DNA of 64,000 nt from Negaprion brevirostris. Lineage: Eukaryota. The notes below the pieces were generated by a model, which was not told where the DNA came from, did no database searches, and was given only the letters and a program-made list of their open reading frames with translations. The stretch covers positions 39,174,521 to 39,238,520 of the forward strand of contig JARDVH010000106.1 in the NCBI GenBank assembly GCA_030324005.1, given 5' to 3'. A program made the position numbers and the translations under genes. This document shows, one piece after another, positions 36,895 through 49,768 of the stretch; positions within the stretch are counted from its first letter, which is position 1; the number at the start of each line of letters is the position of its first letter.

Positions 36895-38900
36895 GTAGTA
36901 ACTTGCAAGGCAACATAACTTGCCTTCCATCAGGCTCTTTGACTGTGTGGGGCACTTCCCTCATTATCTCTTTCCCTGCTCTGGGACTTCTCTGGTTCTC
37001 AATAAATTTGACACACAGAATATCCCAGAATTAAAACTATGTTGGCCCTTCCTGGGCCTTCTTTTAACTTTACCGGCCTGGCTTTGGCCACGTTACATTC
37101 AAGCAGCTCTCATTCGACGATTAAGGGGTTTATTTCACCTCTTCGGGCCTCTGACTATTCCCCAGCCTTGTGAATTCCTGTTGACTTTCACTGGCTGGTG
37201 TTGGCCTGTTTTATTTCACTGGCTAGTACTTTGCTGTCAGCCAAATCATTTCCAAGGAAATTGATTCCTGCTACTGGAAGTTCAGGGATGATTCCTACTG
37301 TCACAAGANNNNNNNNNNNNNNNNNNNNNNNNNNNNNNNNNNNNNNNNNNNNNNNNNNNNNNNNNNNNNNNNNNNNNNNNNNNNNNNNNNNNNNNNNNNN
37401 NNNNNNNNGTTCAGGGATGATTCCTACTGTCACAAGACCTGAAACAAGTTTACACTCAAGGTAGACTTTATGGAGGGGCACAAACACTGATCCTCCTCCC
37501 ACTCCACTGATCAGTGCTTTAATCTTCAGGGAGGACTTTTTTTTGGGGGGCGGGGGGGTAGGTTTACATTTACCTCCAACATTAGGGATTGAGTGGTCCC
37601 TGGGCCCCAGAGCAGTACAATGGACTTGCTGACATTTTGGGATGGATAGGGGGATACACAGCAATAGGAAGAAGCAATAGGCATTCTATATGATTATGGC
37701 TGACTAGACACCAGTGCTTTTTACACACACTATCCCCATAACTCTCTAAGTTATTGTGAATCAGAAATCTATTAATCTACCTTAAACATATTCAATGACT
37801 GAGCTTCCATGACCCTCTGTGATAGAGAATTCCAATGATTCACGACTCTCTGTGCAATGAAATTTCTCTTTATCTCGGACACAAGTGACTTTCCCTTCTG
37901 TTGAAATTATGCCCCATGTTTCTAGAATCCCAGACCGATGGAAAGACCTTGCCTGCATCTACCCTGTCTATTCCTTACCCTGAAAGGAAAAACTCTGGAA
38001 ACTCTTTGGGAGTTTGTCCAGCTCCAACATAGTACCATACTCCCCAAGGGGCAAGTTTCTGCAGCGAGAGTTCTGCCTCCTCTGTTGGATATGTTTCAAT
38101 TGGATCAGTTCACGTCTCTTCACTTTGCTACGCCATTTTAACTGTACCTTCCTAGCTACAGCTTTTAGTTGCTCTATGCAAAGGGACTCTAACGTTTCAC
38201 CATTCAGGTCTTCTTGTTTGACCCACAACTGGACATCAAAAGGTGATGTTTTCTTAGTGTGGCAGAAAAGGAATTTGCTGTGATAAGTTCCTGTGTTTTA
38301 AAATTTGTTCCTGCCATCAGGTTTTAGGTTTTCAGTTGATTCTTGTATCAAACTTGGCTCATATCTTAAAGTTGGACTCTGGCCAGCCACAAATGAGTGA
38401 TCCCAGATTTGAGCTCCCAATTTCTGTTACTGACAGGAGGGCAGCTAATTTAAACAACATTAATTTTTCATCTCACTACCCACCCATAAGTATTTTTATT
38501 TGTTTCCCTGTTTATAAATGGTGCCACATTTTCTAATCCCTTTGTTTGGTACAATCCAATTTTCTATTAAAGCCTCACGGCAAACTGGAGATGGGATGAA
38601 CTCAAAGGATTAGTTTAGTTACAAACACTCAAAATGCAGAACATTCTACTTATATTAAAATATTAAAGAAAGGATAGAGGAAAGAACAATTTACCGTACC
38701 TCTGAATTGTGCAAAGACATGTTATTGCACATGGGTTCCAAAATCCAGAATCAGAGTCCAATGAGGTATTTTTTTTTTACAGAAGTTGGTGGGTTGAAAC
38801 CAGATGCTGGATAATGCACTTTTCAGGAAGTGTTAAACTCACACAATGAAATAAGAACCCAGGGCTAAATAGGTCTTGAAGGCAATGGTACAGGCTTCCA
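36895..38900 (-). mobile_element. Gmr1-like Gypsy LTR retrotransposon remnant (LTR part, PBS, gag and protease fragments)
   Basis: Minus ORF 37188-37664 has VPLHKVYLECKLVSGLVTVGIIPELPVAGINFLGNDLA (protease C-terminus, LGND motif). Gag-like ORF 37968-38228. Minus-strand LTR end ...TAACA at 38425 is followed by PBS-like TGGGAGCTC..TCTGGGAT. Outer limits approximate. Confidence 0.7.
37675..37980 (-). mobile_element. CR1 3' fragment nested in the Gypsy remnant
   Basis: agagaattccaatgattcacgactctctgtg is the reverse complement of CR1 TQRVVNxWNSL. Confidence 0.65.
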
Positions 38901-39496
38901 GCAGCAGCAAGGTAGATGGGACCAGGCGTCCAACCTGAACAAGGACTCCTTCAGTGTAGCCCGTTTGTCAGACTTTGTTTTTAGGTTGTCTAGCTGACTG
39001 CTCCAAACTGTATTGTTGTGAAATTAAGAGAGACAAGGATACCAGAAACATGTCTATAATGGTGTTTGCTGGCCAGCACATGCTCAGGATGCATATGCCT
39101 TGCTTGGTTTATTAGAAAAGACTCAGTGTTGAGGTTGTTGGTATTAAACTTGTATGCCAACAACCTCTTCAACTGTACGATTAAACATTTGAAAATTGAT
39201 ATTACTATATTGTGAGAAGCAGCCTCGTCATTTGCTAACCGAAATATTATTTCTGTTTTCACAAACCACTTAGAATTTATTTGTGCATGATGCTTTATAT
39301 GGCTTTTGTTTTGATGTTGAAATATTATTCCATTAAAACAGCCTCTGTCGCAGTGTGAGATTGGGGGCAATTTTGTAAATTCATTTGCAATTGAAATAAA
39401 GTGAAGAAATAGGGTTTCCGTGTCACTTGTATCAAATAATCCGGCACCTGTTTCATGTGATGCAAATTAATCCATTAATCTTTTTTTCTTTCTTAG

Positions 39497-39778
<282 letters not shown>

Positions 39779-39999
39779 TAGATTCAAATTTTAATTTTCT
39801 CTCTTCATTAACCAACTAAGCAACTGATGTCAATGGTTTCCAGTATTCCAGATAATTTAATAACTGGAATTAATCTATACCATTTAAGCAAATTCCTGAA
39901 TTTGATGAAGGAAAATTTGGTGCTTTAGCTTTTTTTCTGCCATTTGTATTTTGCCTTCCAAAATCTCCTTCTGGTGCTTTTTGTTTTACTTACCAAGTC

Positions 40000-40290
40000 A
40001 ATGTGTTGAGATTTAAGGTGATTAGTAGAAAGATTAGAAGAGCATGAGAAATAATCTTTTCATCCAGAAGGTGGTGGACGCCCAGAATTCCCTGCCTGAA
40101 TTGGTGATTAAGTCTGAAACGCTTAATTCAACCAAAAGGTATCTGAAGGGCTGTAACCTGCAAAGCTACAGGCCAGGTTCTGGGAAGTGGGATTAAAATG
40201 AGTGGCAGTTTATTTTGTTTTCTCTTTTTTGGCCAGCACAAGCGCAATGGGCTGAATGGCCTTTTTCTGCACCATAACCTTTTTATGGAG
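40000..40290 (+). mobile_element. CR1 3' fragment
   Basis: ttttcatccagaaggtggtgg...aattccctgcctgaa and TGGGCTGAATGGCCTTTTTCTG tail. Confidence 0.7.
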
Positions 40291-40816
40291 ACCAAGGAAA
40301 TGAATGTTGAAAGCAGCGAGGTTCAACATCAAATACCTCAGCAAATGCTCTGCTCAGTATTTCAATGAGTCACATGAATTAGGCAAGTCTATGTATTCAG
40401 TGCTTTCATACTCTGAGCAACTGCATTGAGCTGCAACCCTATTTCTCCAATTTGTGCTCCTGTTGAGTGCAGCTCCCTGCTAGGTACTGAGTATTGCTGT
40501 GTCTATCACTGTGGATGTATATACACAATGGAATGTTGGCACTCTATTCATCCATTAGCATCTAAACAGGAGCCAATCTCATCTGCACATGAACCTCCTG
40601 GGGAATAAAATTCATCACCCAGGGTCTCATGGCAGCCTGCTATTCATTGATCCTTACTGAAAAAGTGCAAAGTTACTAATGAGATTGGTTTCTGCTGNNN
40701 NNNNNNNNNNNNNNNNNNNNNNNNNNNNNNNNNNNNNNNNNNNNNNNNNNNNNNNNNNNCTACATAAGAATTGCACTTGTACTTTACTATCAGATTAAGT
40801 TTTGTTTTTATTGTAG

Positions 40817-40962
40817 GCCTATTCATGATGCAGTAGAAAATGATCACTTGGAAGTGGTTCGGCTCTTGCTTTCGTACAGTGCTGATCCAACCCTGGCCAC
40901 ATACTCTGGTCGTACTATTCTAAAGATGGCACACAGTGAAGTGATGGAAATGTTTCTCACAG
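40817..40962 (+). CDS. BCOR: BCOR exon 12 equivalent, ankyrin repeat, 146 nt, phase 2-1
   Basis: ttgtag|G acceptor and ACA G|gtacgt donor. Encodes [34 protein letters not shown]. Confidence 0.97.
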
Positions 40963-41394
40963 GTACGTTCAAACCCGAATTGTTAACCCCTTTCAATCTG
41001 GGCATTTCAATTAATTTTATTGTGGGCACTTTTCAGCTAAACTCTGAAATTGCTTTTGATATATATTTCATAGCACAATGGTGAAAAGTATGGAAGTCAT
41101 TTGAATTAGCCAATTATCACAAATACTGTTACATTTTTGATTAGCTATATCTCATTTTGACAACAATAACTAAATTCAATTTTGAATGAAACCCAAGATG
41201 GCTGATTGTAATGCATGGTGAGAGTTTATATGAATAAAAATTTCCCCCCTTTATTTTGAGTTAATGTTTTAGCATTAAAGCATTAATGTTATGGAATATA
41301 TGTATCCACAAAGTGTAAAAAAAATCTGTAATTTTGACTTGATTGATTAGCTGTTCAAGAGCCACTGCAGGAACACACATTTCAGGATGATTCA

Positions 41395-41620
41395 CATGTA
41401 GTTCTGAGGGATTGCTGCATTGTTAGAGATACCTTTCAAATGTTAAACTGGGATTTCACCTAGGGATTTGGGTTGCTGAAAAAATATCCTACTCACTATT
41501 AACTTGAAAAAAAGAGGTTAAAAATCCCACAATCAGCACTTGCAAGATAGATTAACTGGTCATTTATCTAATTGCTGATTGTGGGAGCTTGCTGTGCTCT
41601 AACTGTTTGCCACGTTTTTT
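41395..41620 (+). mobile_element. DeuSINE (SacSINE1-like) remnant
   Basis: gagggattgctgcattgttagagatacctttc and ctggtcattt...ttgtgggagcttgctgtgc resemble the shark DeuSINE consensus as recalled. Confidence 0.45.
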
Positions 41621-41636
41621 TAAACAGGATATACTG

Positions 41637-41940
41637 GGCAGCATGATGAAGCAAAGTCGCACTTTAGTTAGTACTGCTGCCTTGTGGCACCATGGACTTG
41701 GGAATTCGAGCCTTGGGTGACTATAGTTTCCTCCCACAGTCCAATGATGTGTAGGTTAAGTGGATTGGTCATGCTAAATTTCCCCTTAGTGTCACAAGAT
41801 GTGTAGGTTAGGGGGATTAGCAAGATAAATGCATGGGTTATGGGGATTGGGCAAGGGATGGGGTAAAATGCTCTGTCGGAGAGTTGGTGCAATCTCGGTG
41901 GGCTGAATAGCTTCCTTCTGCACTATTGAGATTCTATGAC
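41637..41940 (+). mobile_element. HE1-type V-SINE with internal deletion
   Basis: Degenerate head, tttcctcccacagtccaatgatgtgtaggtta and CR1-like tail. Confidence 0.8.
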
Positions 41941-42757
41941 TCTATATGATTTTAAAATTAATTAACTTGTTGTCAAGTACTTTGCTTCAGGTTGTCCTGG
42001 ATGTGCTACATAAATTATCACCTATGAGTTAACTTAGTTACTACTTAGTCGTTATTAATCACTGTTGAATCAGTTAATAGAGGTCAGTCTGGTGATAATG
42101 CAGTTGCGGCACGGTGACATTGGGCGCACTGCACCAGAGTTAATACAAGGTCACCTATTTGGCACTGAAGTACAGAACTGCTGATGCATTGAATGTAATG
42201 TACTGGGAAGATGAATGCTCATGGAAGGATTTGTACAATGGCAGGTTGTTCAAGTGGCCAGAATAAGAAGTATTAATGTACATGACTCTGTCCATATGGT
42301 GAACAGACCAACTGCCTATTGATGGAGTGGGAGGGAAGGACATTGGAAATGGTGCTATGCATTATTGCATTTGTGCCACCAATAGAGCCATGAAATTTTG
42401 GAAATTGAAAGTGACTGTGAAANNNNNNNNNNTATATCTTTCTCTGGTAGGGTTTTTCCCCCAAGTGGAGGAATTGATTTATGGGTAATTGTGGGTAAAA
42501 TGGGCTTCTATAACATGCATGATGCGACTGTACACTGCAGGTTAGGAGATTTTGAAGATAGTTAAGAACCTCACTGATATTACCTGCAAGTATGTCACAA
42601 AACCCCAAAGGATAACTTGAAGCACTGGTTTTAGTGATGTATATTCGTTTGGAATAATGTGAAAAACAATGCAACTCAGTGAGGAACCAGTCCAGTCATT
42701 TTGTAAACAATTAACAAAGAGTATTTATTAAAATAAAAAAAACACATGACAAGAAAG

Positions 42758-42863
42758 ACTGATTTTACACTAACACGTGTAATATTATTACTATATTAAT
42801 AACTAAATGCACTGATTTTACACTATGACATGTAATATTATTACTATATTAATAACTAAATGC
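42758..42863. repeat. Tandem duplication, 2 x 53 bp
   Basis: ACTGATTTTACACTA...TGTAATATTATTACTATATTAATAACTAAATGC at 42758-42810 and 42811-42863. Confidence 0.9.
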
Positions 42864-44658
42864 ACCATTTCATCTGAAATTCCCAAACTATACCCACATT
42901 CCCTGAACTCACTGAGACACCACTTTTTTTTCCAAAACAAACCCAATTTAGTAACTCTATAAGTCAAATCCAAATAATAGTTACCACAGAATAACACTTA
43001 GAGGACCAAATCTGGGAAAATGTATTTTCCCGGTTCTAAGTGTTAGGTGGAACAGGCCACTGTGACTCTGATCACAGATGGAACTGGCCTCTCTGAAGAT
43101 TAGGTGGAGGCCGCCTGTCTGGCTGTTGGATGGAAAACTAGCTGTGTTCTCCAATGAGGATGATAGCAGTTATACTGTTCCGTCTCTTTGATATTCAATC
43201 TATTGTTTCTGTTGTCCAGATCTTTCAAATTCCTTGCCTTTAAAAGCTATATCCCCACTGATCCAGTAAACAATTTTCCTCTTATGGCAATTCACCTCAA
43301 TTTCTCTAGATACCCACTAATCTTGTTACTTGCCTGTTATTTTGTTTCCATCTCAAATTCAACCGTTAACCTCATTATATTCCCAAATCCTGCCAAGATA
43401 TACCCAATTGTTATTAGAAAGAACCCAATTGTGCACTAGTTCGGGAAGCTGTTACTGTAACAGGCATTTATACAGCAATCCAAGTCCTATGGTTGCTTTG
43501 CATATCTGCTGCAGGGATGTGCTCAGATTTGTGACGTTCTCCTTAAGGACTCATATTCTTCACATGCCAGAGTCACTAAACTGTCTTAGTACAAAAACAT
43601 GACTCCGTACAGAAAGATGGCAGCATTAAGATAGGAGCTAACAAACTGTCAAAGATGCAAATGCATCTGTCTGGTATCCTTTCCATAAACTTCATCTTCC
43701 TTGTCAAAACATTGTAAATACAGAGTAAACTGTATATCTCAAAAGGAATGAGCAAGCTCAGCAGATGTCTGAAACATTTACAAAGTTGCCTCAGTATTGT
43801 TCTTGTGCCCTGAAGCAGTTAAACATATTATACACACAAACACATGCTCAGGCTTGTGTATGTTGTGTATGTAAAGTTTAAATTCTCATTTGGAATTAAT
43901 CAATGAAAGTCTGCTCAGATTCCAATCAGTTTCATTTAAATGATGAATTGAATCAAAATTATTTCTGCGAGTGGTCCTATTCAACAAAACTGAAATGTTG
44001 ATTTTGAAATGCCTGAACTTCAATTATTGCACAGACCCTGTTTTATTGTAGCTTGAAATAAATGCAGAATTAGTAGGGATTTTTAATACAGTTATTTTAC
44101 CTCAAGGCATACTTTAATGGACATATCCTCTGGCATTCTTAAAAATACATGCATTACCTCTTTAGAAACTTACTTTCGGGCTGGGTACTGAAACCTGATG
44201 ATTCTCAGTTCCTGCCACCCCTTCTTCTCCTAGCAGCTCTGCTAAAAGTAATTTGTGACATAGGCTGCTGAGAGCTGAGTGTAAGCAAAGAAACAAGCCG
44301 CCTCAGAAATGTCACAAAAAATGGCGCACTACTTTCTATATAATTATATCTTACATGTGAACATACAAAAATGACAGACAGGAAAAAGTTCATCTGATCC
44401 ATCTAGCCGCATGTATTGCACGAGGAATTGTGCATTATGCAGCAGACCCTCCCTAATCTACTCACCAAAGCCACATAATTATCTGGGTGATGTGAATAAC
44501 CAAGTTTTTTAAAAAAAGCCATTCTGGGCTGGGGCTAGGTTGGGGAGTTTTGGGGGTGAGAGGTGGGGCAGAGAAATCTGTGACAAAATGAACATTTTAA
44601 TATCAGGTCCAATACACTTAAATGTATTTTTACAACTGACTATTCACGACAGTAAGAT

Positions 44659-44849
44659 GGCANNNNNNNNNNGTGGTTAGCACTGCTGCCCCACAGCACC
44701 AGGTACCCGGGTTCAATTCTGGTCTCGGGTGACTGACTATGTGGAGATTGCACATTCTTCCTATGTCGGCATGGGTTTCTTCCAGGTGCTCCAGTTTCCT
44801 CCCACGTTCCAAAGAATGGTCTCCTTCTGCACTGTAAGGATTCTATGAT
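44659..44849 (+). mobile_element. HE1-type V-SINE with deleted middle
   Basis: Head and V-domain joined directly to AATGGTCTCCTTCTGCACTGTAAGGATTCTATG. Confidence 0.82.
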
Positions 44850-45032
44850 AAACATTGGCCCTGCATCATTGCTGGATCAGCCTTTTGCAATCTTAAACTG
44901 CACAGTTGGGATATGGCATGTTTCAGTGCCATGTTTTCTTAATGTTTTATGTACTGTATGACACAACTACAATGAGCAGGTGATCTGCTGTCAGTGTTTT
45001 GACCAATTTGTGTGTTTTTATTCCTCCTCCAG

Positions 45033-45110
45033 AGTATTTTGCTGACTTGCAAGGTCGAAGCAGTGATGACCCTGGTTTGTGCTGGGATTTCTATGGCAGC
45101 TCTGTGTGTG
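45033..45110 (+). CDS. BCOR: BCOR exon 13 equivalent (EYFADLQGRSSDDPGLCWDFYGSSVC), 78 nt, phase 1-1
   Basis: ctccag|AG acceptor and TGT G|gtgagt donor. Contains the DLQGR and WDFYGSSVC motifs. Not in the ORF track in this frame. Confidence 0.95.
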
Positions 45111-45294
45111 GTGAGTGATACCCTTACGCAAACTCCTAACGTGGAAAGGAACACTGTAATTGCAGCAAAAAAAAACAGCATTCTTAAAATAAAGTAAAAA
45201 GCTCTGCACTAATAAAGCTATGTTGAATTGAATTAAACCAATTTAATTCTACAATCACGAATTTACCAATACGTAGCCTATTTAGAAAGAAATG

Positions 45295-45633
45295 TCATAA
45301 GAACCCTACAGTACAGAAAGAGGCCATTCGGCCCATCAAGTCTGCGCCGACCACAATCCCACCTAGGCTCTATCCCCATATCCCTACATATGTTACCCGC
45401 TAATCCCTCTAACCTACACATCTCAGGGCACTAAGGGGCAATTTTTAGCTGGGCCAATCAACCGAACCCGCACATCTTTGGACTGTGGGAGGAAACTGGA
45501 GTATCCAAAGGAAACCCACGCAGACATGAGGAGAAGTGCAAACTCCACACAGACAGTAACCCAAACCAGAATTGAACCCAGGTTACTGGAGCTGTGAAGC
45601 AGCAGTGCTAACCACTGTGCTACCGTGCCGCCC
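45295..45633 (-). mobile_element. Full-length, young HE1-type V-SINE
   Basis: Complete reverse-complement head, V-domain and tail, with many CpGs retained. Confidence 0.9.
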
Positions 45634-46879
45634 AAATGGGTCTTATTTTAATTTGCATCTGTTTCTGTGACTGTTTATTTGAAGAAAAGCGTTCCCTAAA
45701 AGTAGCATGTCTCTAATTTATTGGATTATAAAGGGTATATTTTGTCTACTAGTTAAATGCTGCAATTCCAACTCAAGTTTCATTTGTCTGAAGAACACGT
45801 TGTCAGCTATCTGCTGCACTACCTGAGAAGGAAGGGAAAACTGATCAGGAAAGGGGGAAAAGGTCAATTTCATGTACCAAGTGCACCTCCTTGCAGGTCA
45901 GGAAAGAATTATGCTCTACAGCAAAAGGACAAATTTTACATATAATTTGATAGGAGGAAGGTTAGAGGTGGAAGGATGTATTACAAAGACTTTCCCAAAT
46001 AATCACTCCAAAGCATCAACTTGTACTCAGCCTGACAAAATGTGTAAAGTGGTGTTCTACTGGGACTGATGCTGAAACTCTTGTCGTTCACCATTTTTGT
46101 AAACAGTTTGGACTCTGGAACCAGAAGTACAATTTCAAAATTTGTGCACGATTTTGGGATTACAGTTAATGAAGTTGAGGACTGCAGCAAAATATAAGAT
46201 GATGCTGCCTGGGGATTTGGTGGATTTTTGACAGTGAACCATCACATTTGCCAGTCCTATCCCTCTGAATCTAACCATTGTTTCAGATTTAACGCAAGCA
46301 CAGATTAAAACAAAAATCCTGACATTGCGGTCAACCATTCACTGCCGTGCAACAGACTGCACAGTGGACAACCCCCACAGAGCCAACAAACAGTGGGATC
46401 AATGAATCTGGAACACACCTCCTGTTCTTTTGCTCCCATGTTGCTGTTAGGAACAATGGAGTGTAAACGCCTTTTTTAACAGAGATCTGAGTAATAACTA
46501 CTGCTGAGCAACTGATCTGACCCTAAAAAAAATTATATTTCTGGAATGTTGCTAAATTACTCTACTATAATTGCTAGACTTTTTAACTAATGACATTTAC
46601 TTTAAAATTTGTCAATTAGGTTTCAGTTTCTATCTTACTCCCATGTATAGGTTTCCATTTTTATTTTGCAGTCTGTAAAGCCTTTTACATTATGTAAAAC
46701 CATTAAGTGTTTCTATTGTTAGTGTTTTTCATTTCCTGGTTAGCTGTTCTGCGAGACTTCTTTAATGCTTGGACAGCTTGATGGCATCATTGCAGATCCA
46801 CACAGGGAATTCCTATTAAACTATGTGGCAATCAGTTGTACATCGAGAGGGAGATCAGTAGATCTTTCAGTGAGGCTTT

Positions 46880-47175
46880 CTTCAAAGTCAGCATACAAAA
46901 CCATTGTTCACAAAATTCAGTCCATTAATATACTTGCAGAATGGGTATATAATTTGCAGATGAACTTGAATTTAGATAAGTGTGAGGTTTCACATCTTGA
47001 CAGGGAAAAAGTAGAGGCCATTTATCCTTGGAAAATGCAGAGGTCGCATTATCCTTGGAATAAATGTCTAAATGGGGTAACCCAAGGGATGTATGGGTAT
47101 AGATGTATATCACAAAGTAGCAATGTGGATTAATATGGCTATAAAAATACGATATATTGGGCCCCATTTCTGGAG
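46880..47175 (+). mobile_element. Decayed CR1 fragment
   Basis: Encodes LAEWVYNLQMNLNLDKCEVSHL (CR1 W...WQMxFNxxKCxVxH motif). Confidence 0.7.
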
Positions 47176-47924
47176 GGAACGTGAATAAGTAATTTGGCTA
47201 AAAGTGTGTGTGGATCCAGATCACAGTTTATCTGAATTGTGTGTTGTGCTGATAACTATTGAGAGGACTTCAGTCAGGGAAATAAAACACTAAACATGGG
47301 AATCTTGTATTTTGACTTGAAATTTTCACAGCTATACAAAAGATTTCAAATTTAAACGATTACTGATTGTCGTGCATAAATCTTGGAGTTGAGGTTTGCA
47401 GAAACATTTGAAAGCAGTTATGTGAGTTGAGACAGTAATGTTGCTGTTTTGGGCAAAGGATATCCATCAGCCTAAAGACCAGAATAGCTTAACAGCTGTT
47501 TTCTGGGTAGAACTGCCAGTGGCCAGTTGAGAGCTGATTCAACTCCTCTCGTTCATTGCAAGTTGGTTTGAATGTTAACTAGCTTTTTGAATTTGAAATA
47601 GGAGGCAGGCCCCAGATGCCTGATAAGTGCACCTTGTCCCTTGTTGGTGGGATTTTAACAATATGACTTGCTTGAATGTGAGTTGTGAATGCCACAGAAG
47701 TTATTGTTATTAGGATTATTTGTTTCATCAGTTAATTAATACTATAAATATTAAAGCCTTGTCTATATATGACAAACCCTTTTTAAATGATCTACTATAT
47801 GGTTGAAGTATATTCTGTACTGATGCTGTTGAAAAATGTAAGTTTATGCATTATAACTTGACCGGCACAAATAAATGGTTTATTCTCTTCCACAAGTAAT
47901 CTTTAGTGTCTTTTGCGGTTTCAG

Positions 47925-48072
47925 AACCAGTAGAAGAGTCTGGCTTTGATGTCTTGGCTAATCCGCCGGGCCTGAGTGATGAGGAAGAGGAGTACGATGA
48001 TGTTTTGGAATTTGAGTTTTCAGAAACCCCTCCTTTACCTTGTTACAACATTCAGGTCTCACTCTCTCAGGG
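47925..48072 (+). CDS. BCOR: BCOR exon 14 equivalent, start of PUFD domain, 148 nt, phase 1-2
   Basis: tttcag|AA acceptor and CAG GG|gtatgt donor. Encodes DVLANPPG...[22 protein letters not shown]. Confidence 0.96.
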
Positions 48073-48324
48073 GTATGTATTCTGGATAGCCAAATAATCA
48101 AGATAGATTATCAGAACCTGTCAGTATATAATGATAGCCAATATGTGACATTGAAAGATAAGCTGAGAAAAATCCAACTAGCTTTCCCTCCCTTCTGTTG
48201 ACTTGGAATCCAACTGATGTTCTATGACAGATGTGTTAAACTCATTCCGACAGGGAGCTTAATGTAAAAATATGAGGTGGTTCAAAGTTGAAACTTAAGT
48301 AAATGGTTCAGATACCACCTTAAA

Positions 48325-48690
48325 CACTATCCCTCCACCATCGATGTGCAGTGGCAGCATCTTGTACCATCTATAAGATGCACTGCCGCAGCTCAGCAAG
48401 GCTTGTTCGACAGCACCTTCCAAACACATGACTCCGACCACCTAGAAAAACAAGGGGAGTGGAAACATCGCCACCTAAAGTTTCACGCCAATCACAATCT
48501 ATCCTATTACCTCTCCTTCATTATTGTTGAGTTAAAATCCTTGAACTCCCTCCCTAACAGCACTGTGGGTGTGACTACACCACATGGACTGAAGCAGTTC
48601 AAAAAGGCAAATTACCTTTTTAAGACCATCTATGAATGGATAGTAAATACTGGCCTTGTCAGCAATGTGTGCATCCCCATTAATTTTTTT
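48325..48690 (+). mobile_element. CR1-Zenon-like LINE 3' end
   Basis: ccatctataagatgcactgc...gaactccctccctaacagcactgtgggtgt...gcagttcaaaaaggca; same family as 53075-54453 and 55215-55650. Confidence 0.7.
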
Positions 48691-48960
48691 TGTGCTGGAT
48701 GCGGATGTTGCTGGCTGGGCCAGCATTTGTTGCCCAAACCCAAGTGCCCGCCATTTCAGAGGACATTTATGAGTCAACCACATTGCTGTGGATCTGAAGT
48801 CACATGTATGCCAGCTCAGGTAAGGATGGCAAATTTCCTTCCCATACTGACAATAGTGGACCAAATGGGTTTTTATGATAATCGACAATGGTTTCATGAT
48901 CATCATTAGTCTTTTAATTCTAGATTTTTACTGAGTTTGAATTATACCATCTGCTGTGGT
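48690..48960 (-). mobile_element. tRNA-SINE sharing the CR1-Zenon-like tail
   Basis: Reverse complement of 57775-58050; tail-to-tail with the preceding LINE end. Confidence 0.75.
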
Positions 48961-49261
48961 GCAATATATAAAATACAAGGGCTGTATTCAGTGCTTTTAG
49001 AAATATATATAAATCGCATGACCCTATTCTACTCCTTAATGCACACACACAGTCACCTGTTTTATCCCATTGGCTTCGATATATATTTTTCACTTGTTTC
49101 TGTAACATTTTCTTCATTCCATTTTTCACACCACACTTTGGTGAGAATGCCCTCCCTAGTGAACAGTTCTCTGTTTCACCATAGCTAATGCGCTTCAAAA
49201 ATATATAATTCATTACAGAAACTGTAAAGTGTAACACATCATTAGAAATGTATGTTTCATA

Positions 49262-49339
49262 CTTAATGCGAGGAGTATTCGCAACAAAGTGGATGAACTT
49301 GCAGCGTGGATCAGTACCTGGGACTTTGATGTTGTGGCC
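49262..49339 (+). mobile_element. Young CR1 LINE, start of ORF2 endonuclease, running into an assembly gap
   Basis: 26 open codons LNARSIRNKVDELAAWISTWDFDVVA, the AP-endonuclease N-terminus of CR1. CpGs intact. Confidence 0.8.
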
Positions 49340-49768
49340 NNNNNNNNNNNNNNNNNNNNNNNNNNNNNNNNNNNNNNNNNNNNNNNNNNNNNNNNNNNNN
49401 NNNNNNNNNNNNNNNNNNNNNNNNNNNNNNNNNNNNNNNACATGATATTGATCATGTATTAGTTGAAACATGCAGGTTTTGTTTGGAACAAGTTAGATTC
49501 ATTAAAAGCTTGAGAATAGCACTTTAAATACTGTTATTTTAAATGAAGATATTTTGGTTCTAGATGTATAACTTATTAAATTGACAGAAAATATTAAGTT
49601 TATTATATAAAATATTAAGTAAAATAATTAAGAAAATATTAAGTAAATATTATTTTATAAGTGATGTTGAGTTAGTAGACGAACTTCAATGCTGCAAGAT
49701 CATTCTTCCAATTCAGAGACCGTAAAACTCATGAAACTTGCAATGTTTTTTTTCCTTCTCCATGACAG

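Noticed and set aside
37279-37437. Direct repeat on both sides of a 100-N gap (also 17862/17971, 54803/54938 and 58048/58177)
   Set aside because: Identical sequence flanking placeholder gaps is the signature of unmerged overlapping contig ends, not a biological duplication.
48346-48909. 187-aa ORF in the last intron
   Set aside because: Spans a LINE tail and an antisense SINE; chance open frame.
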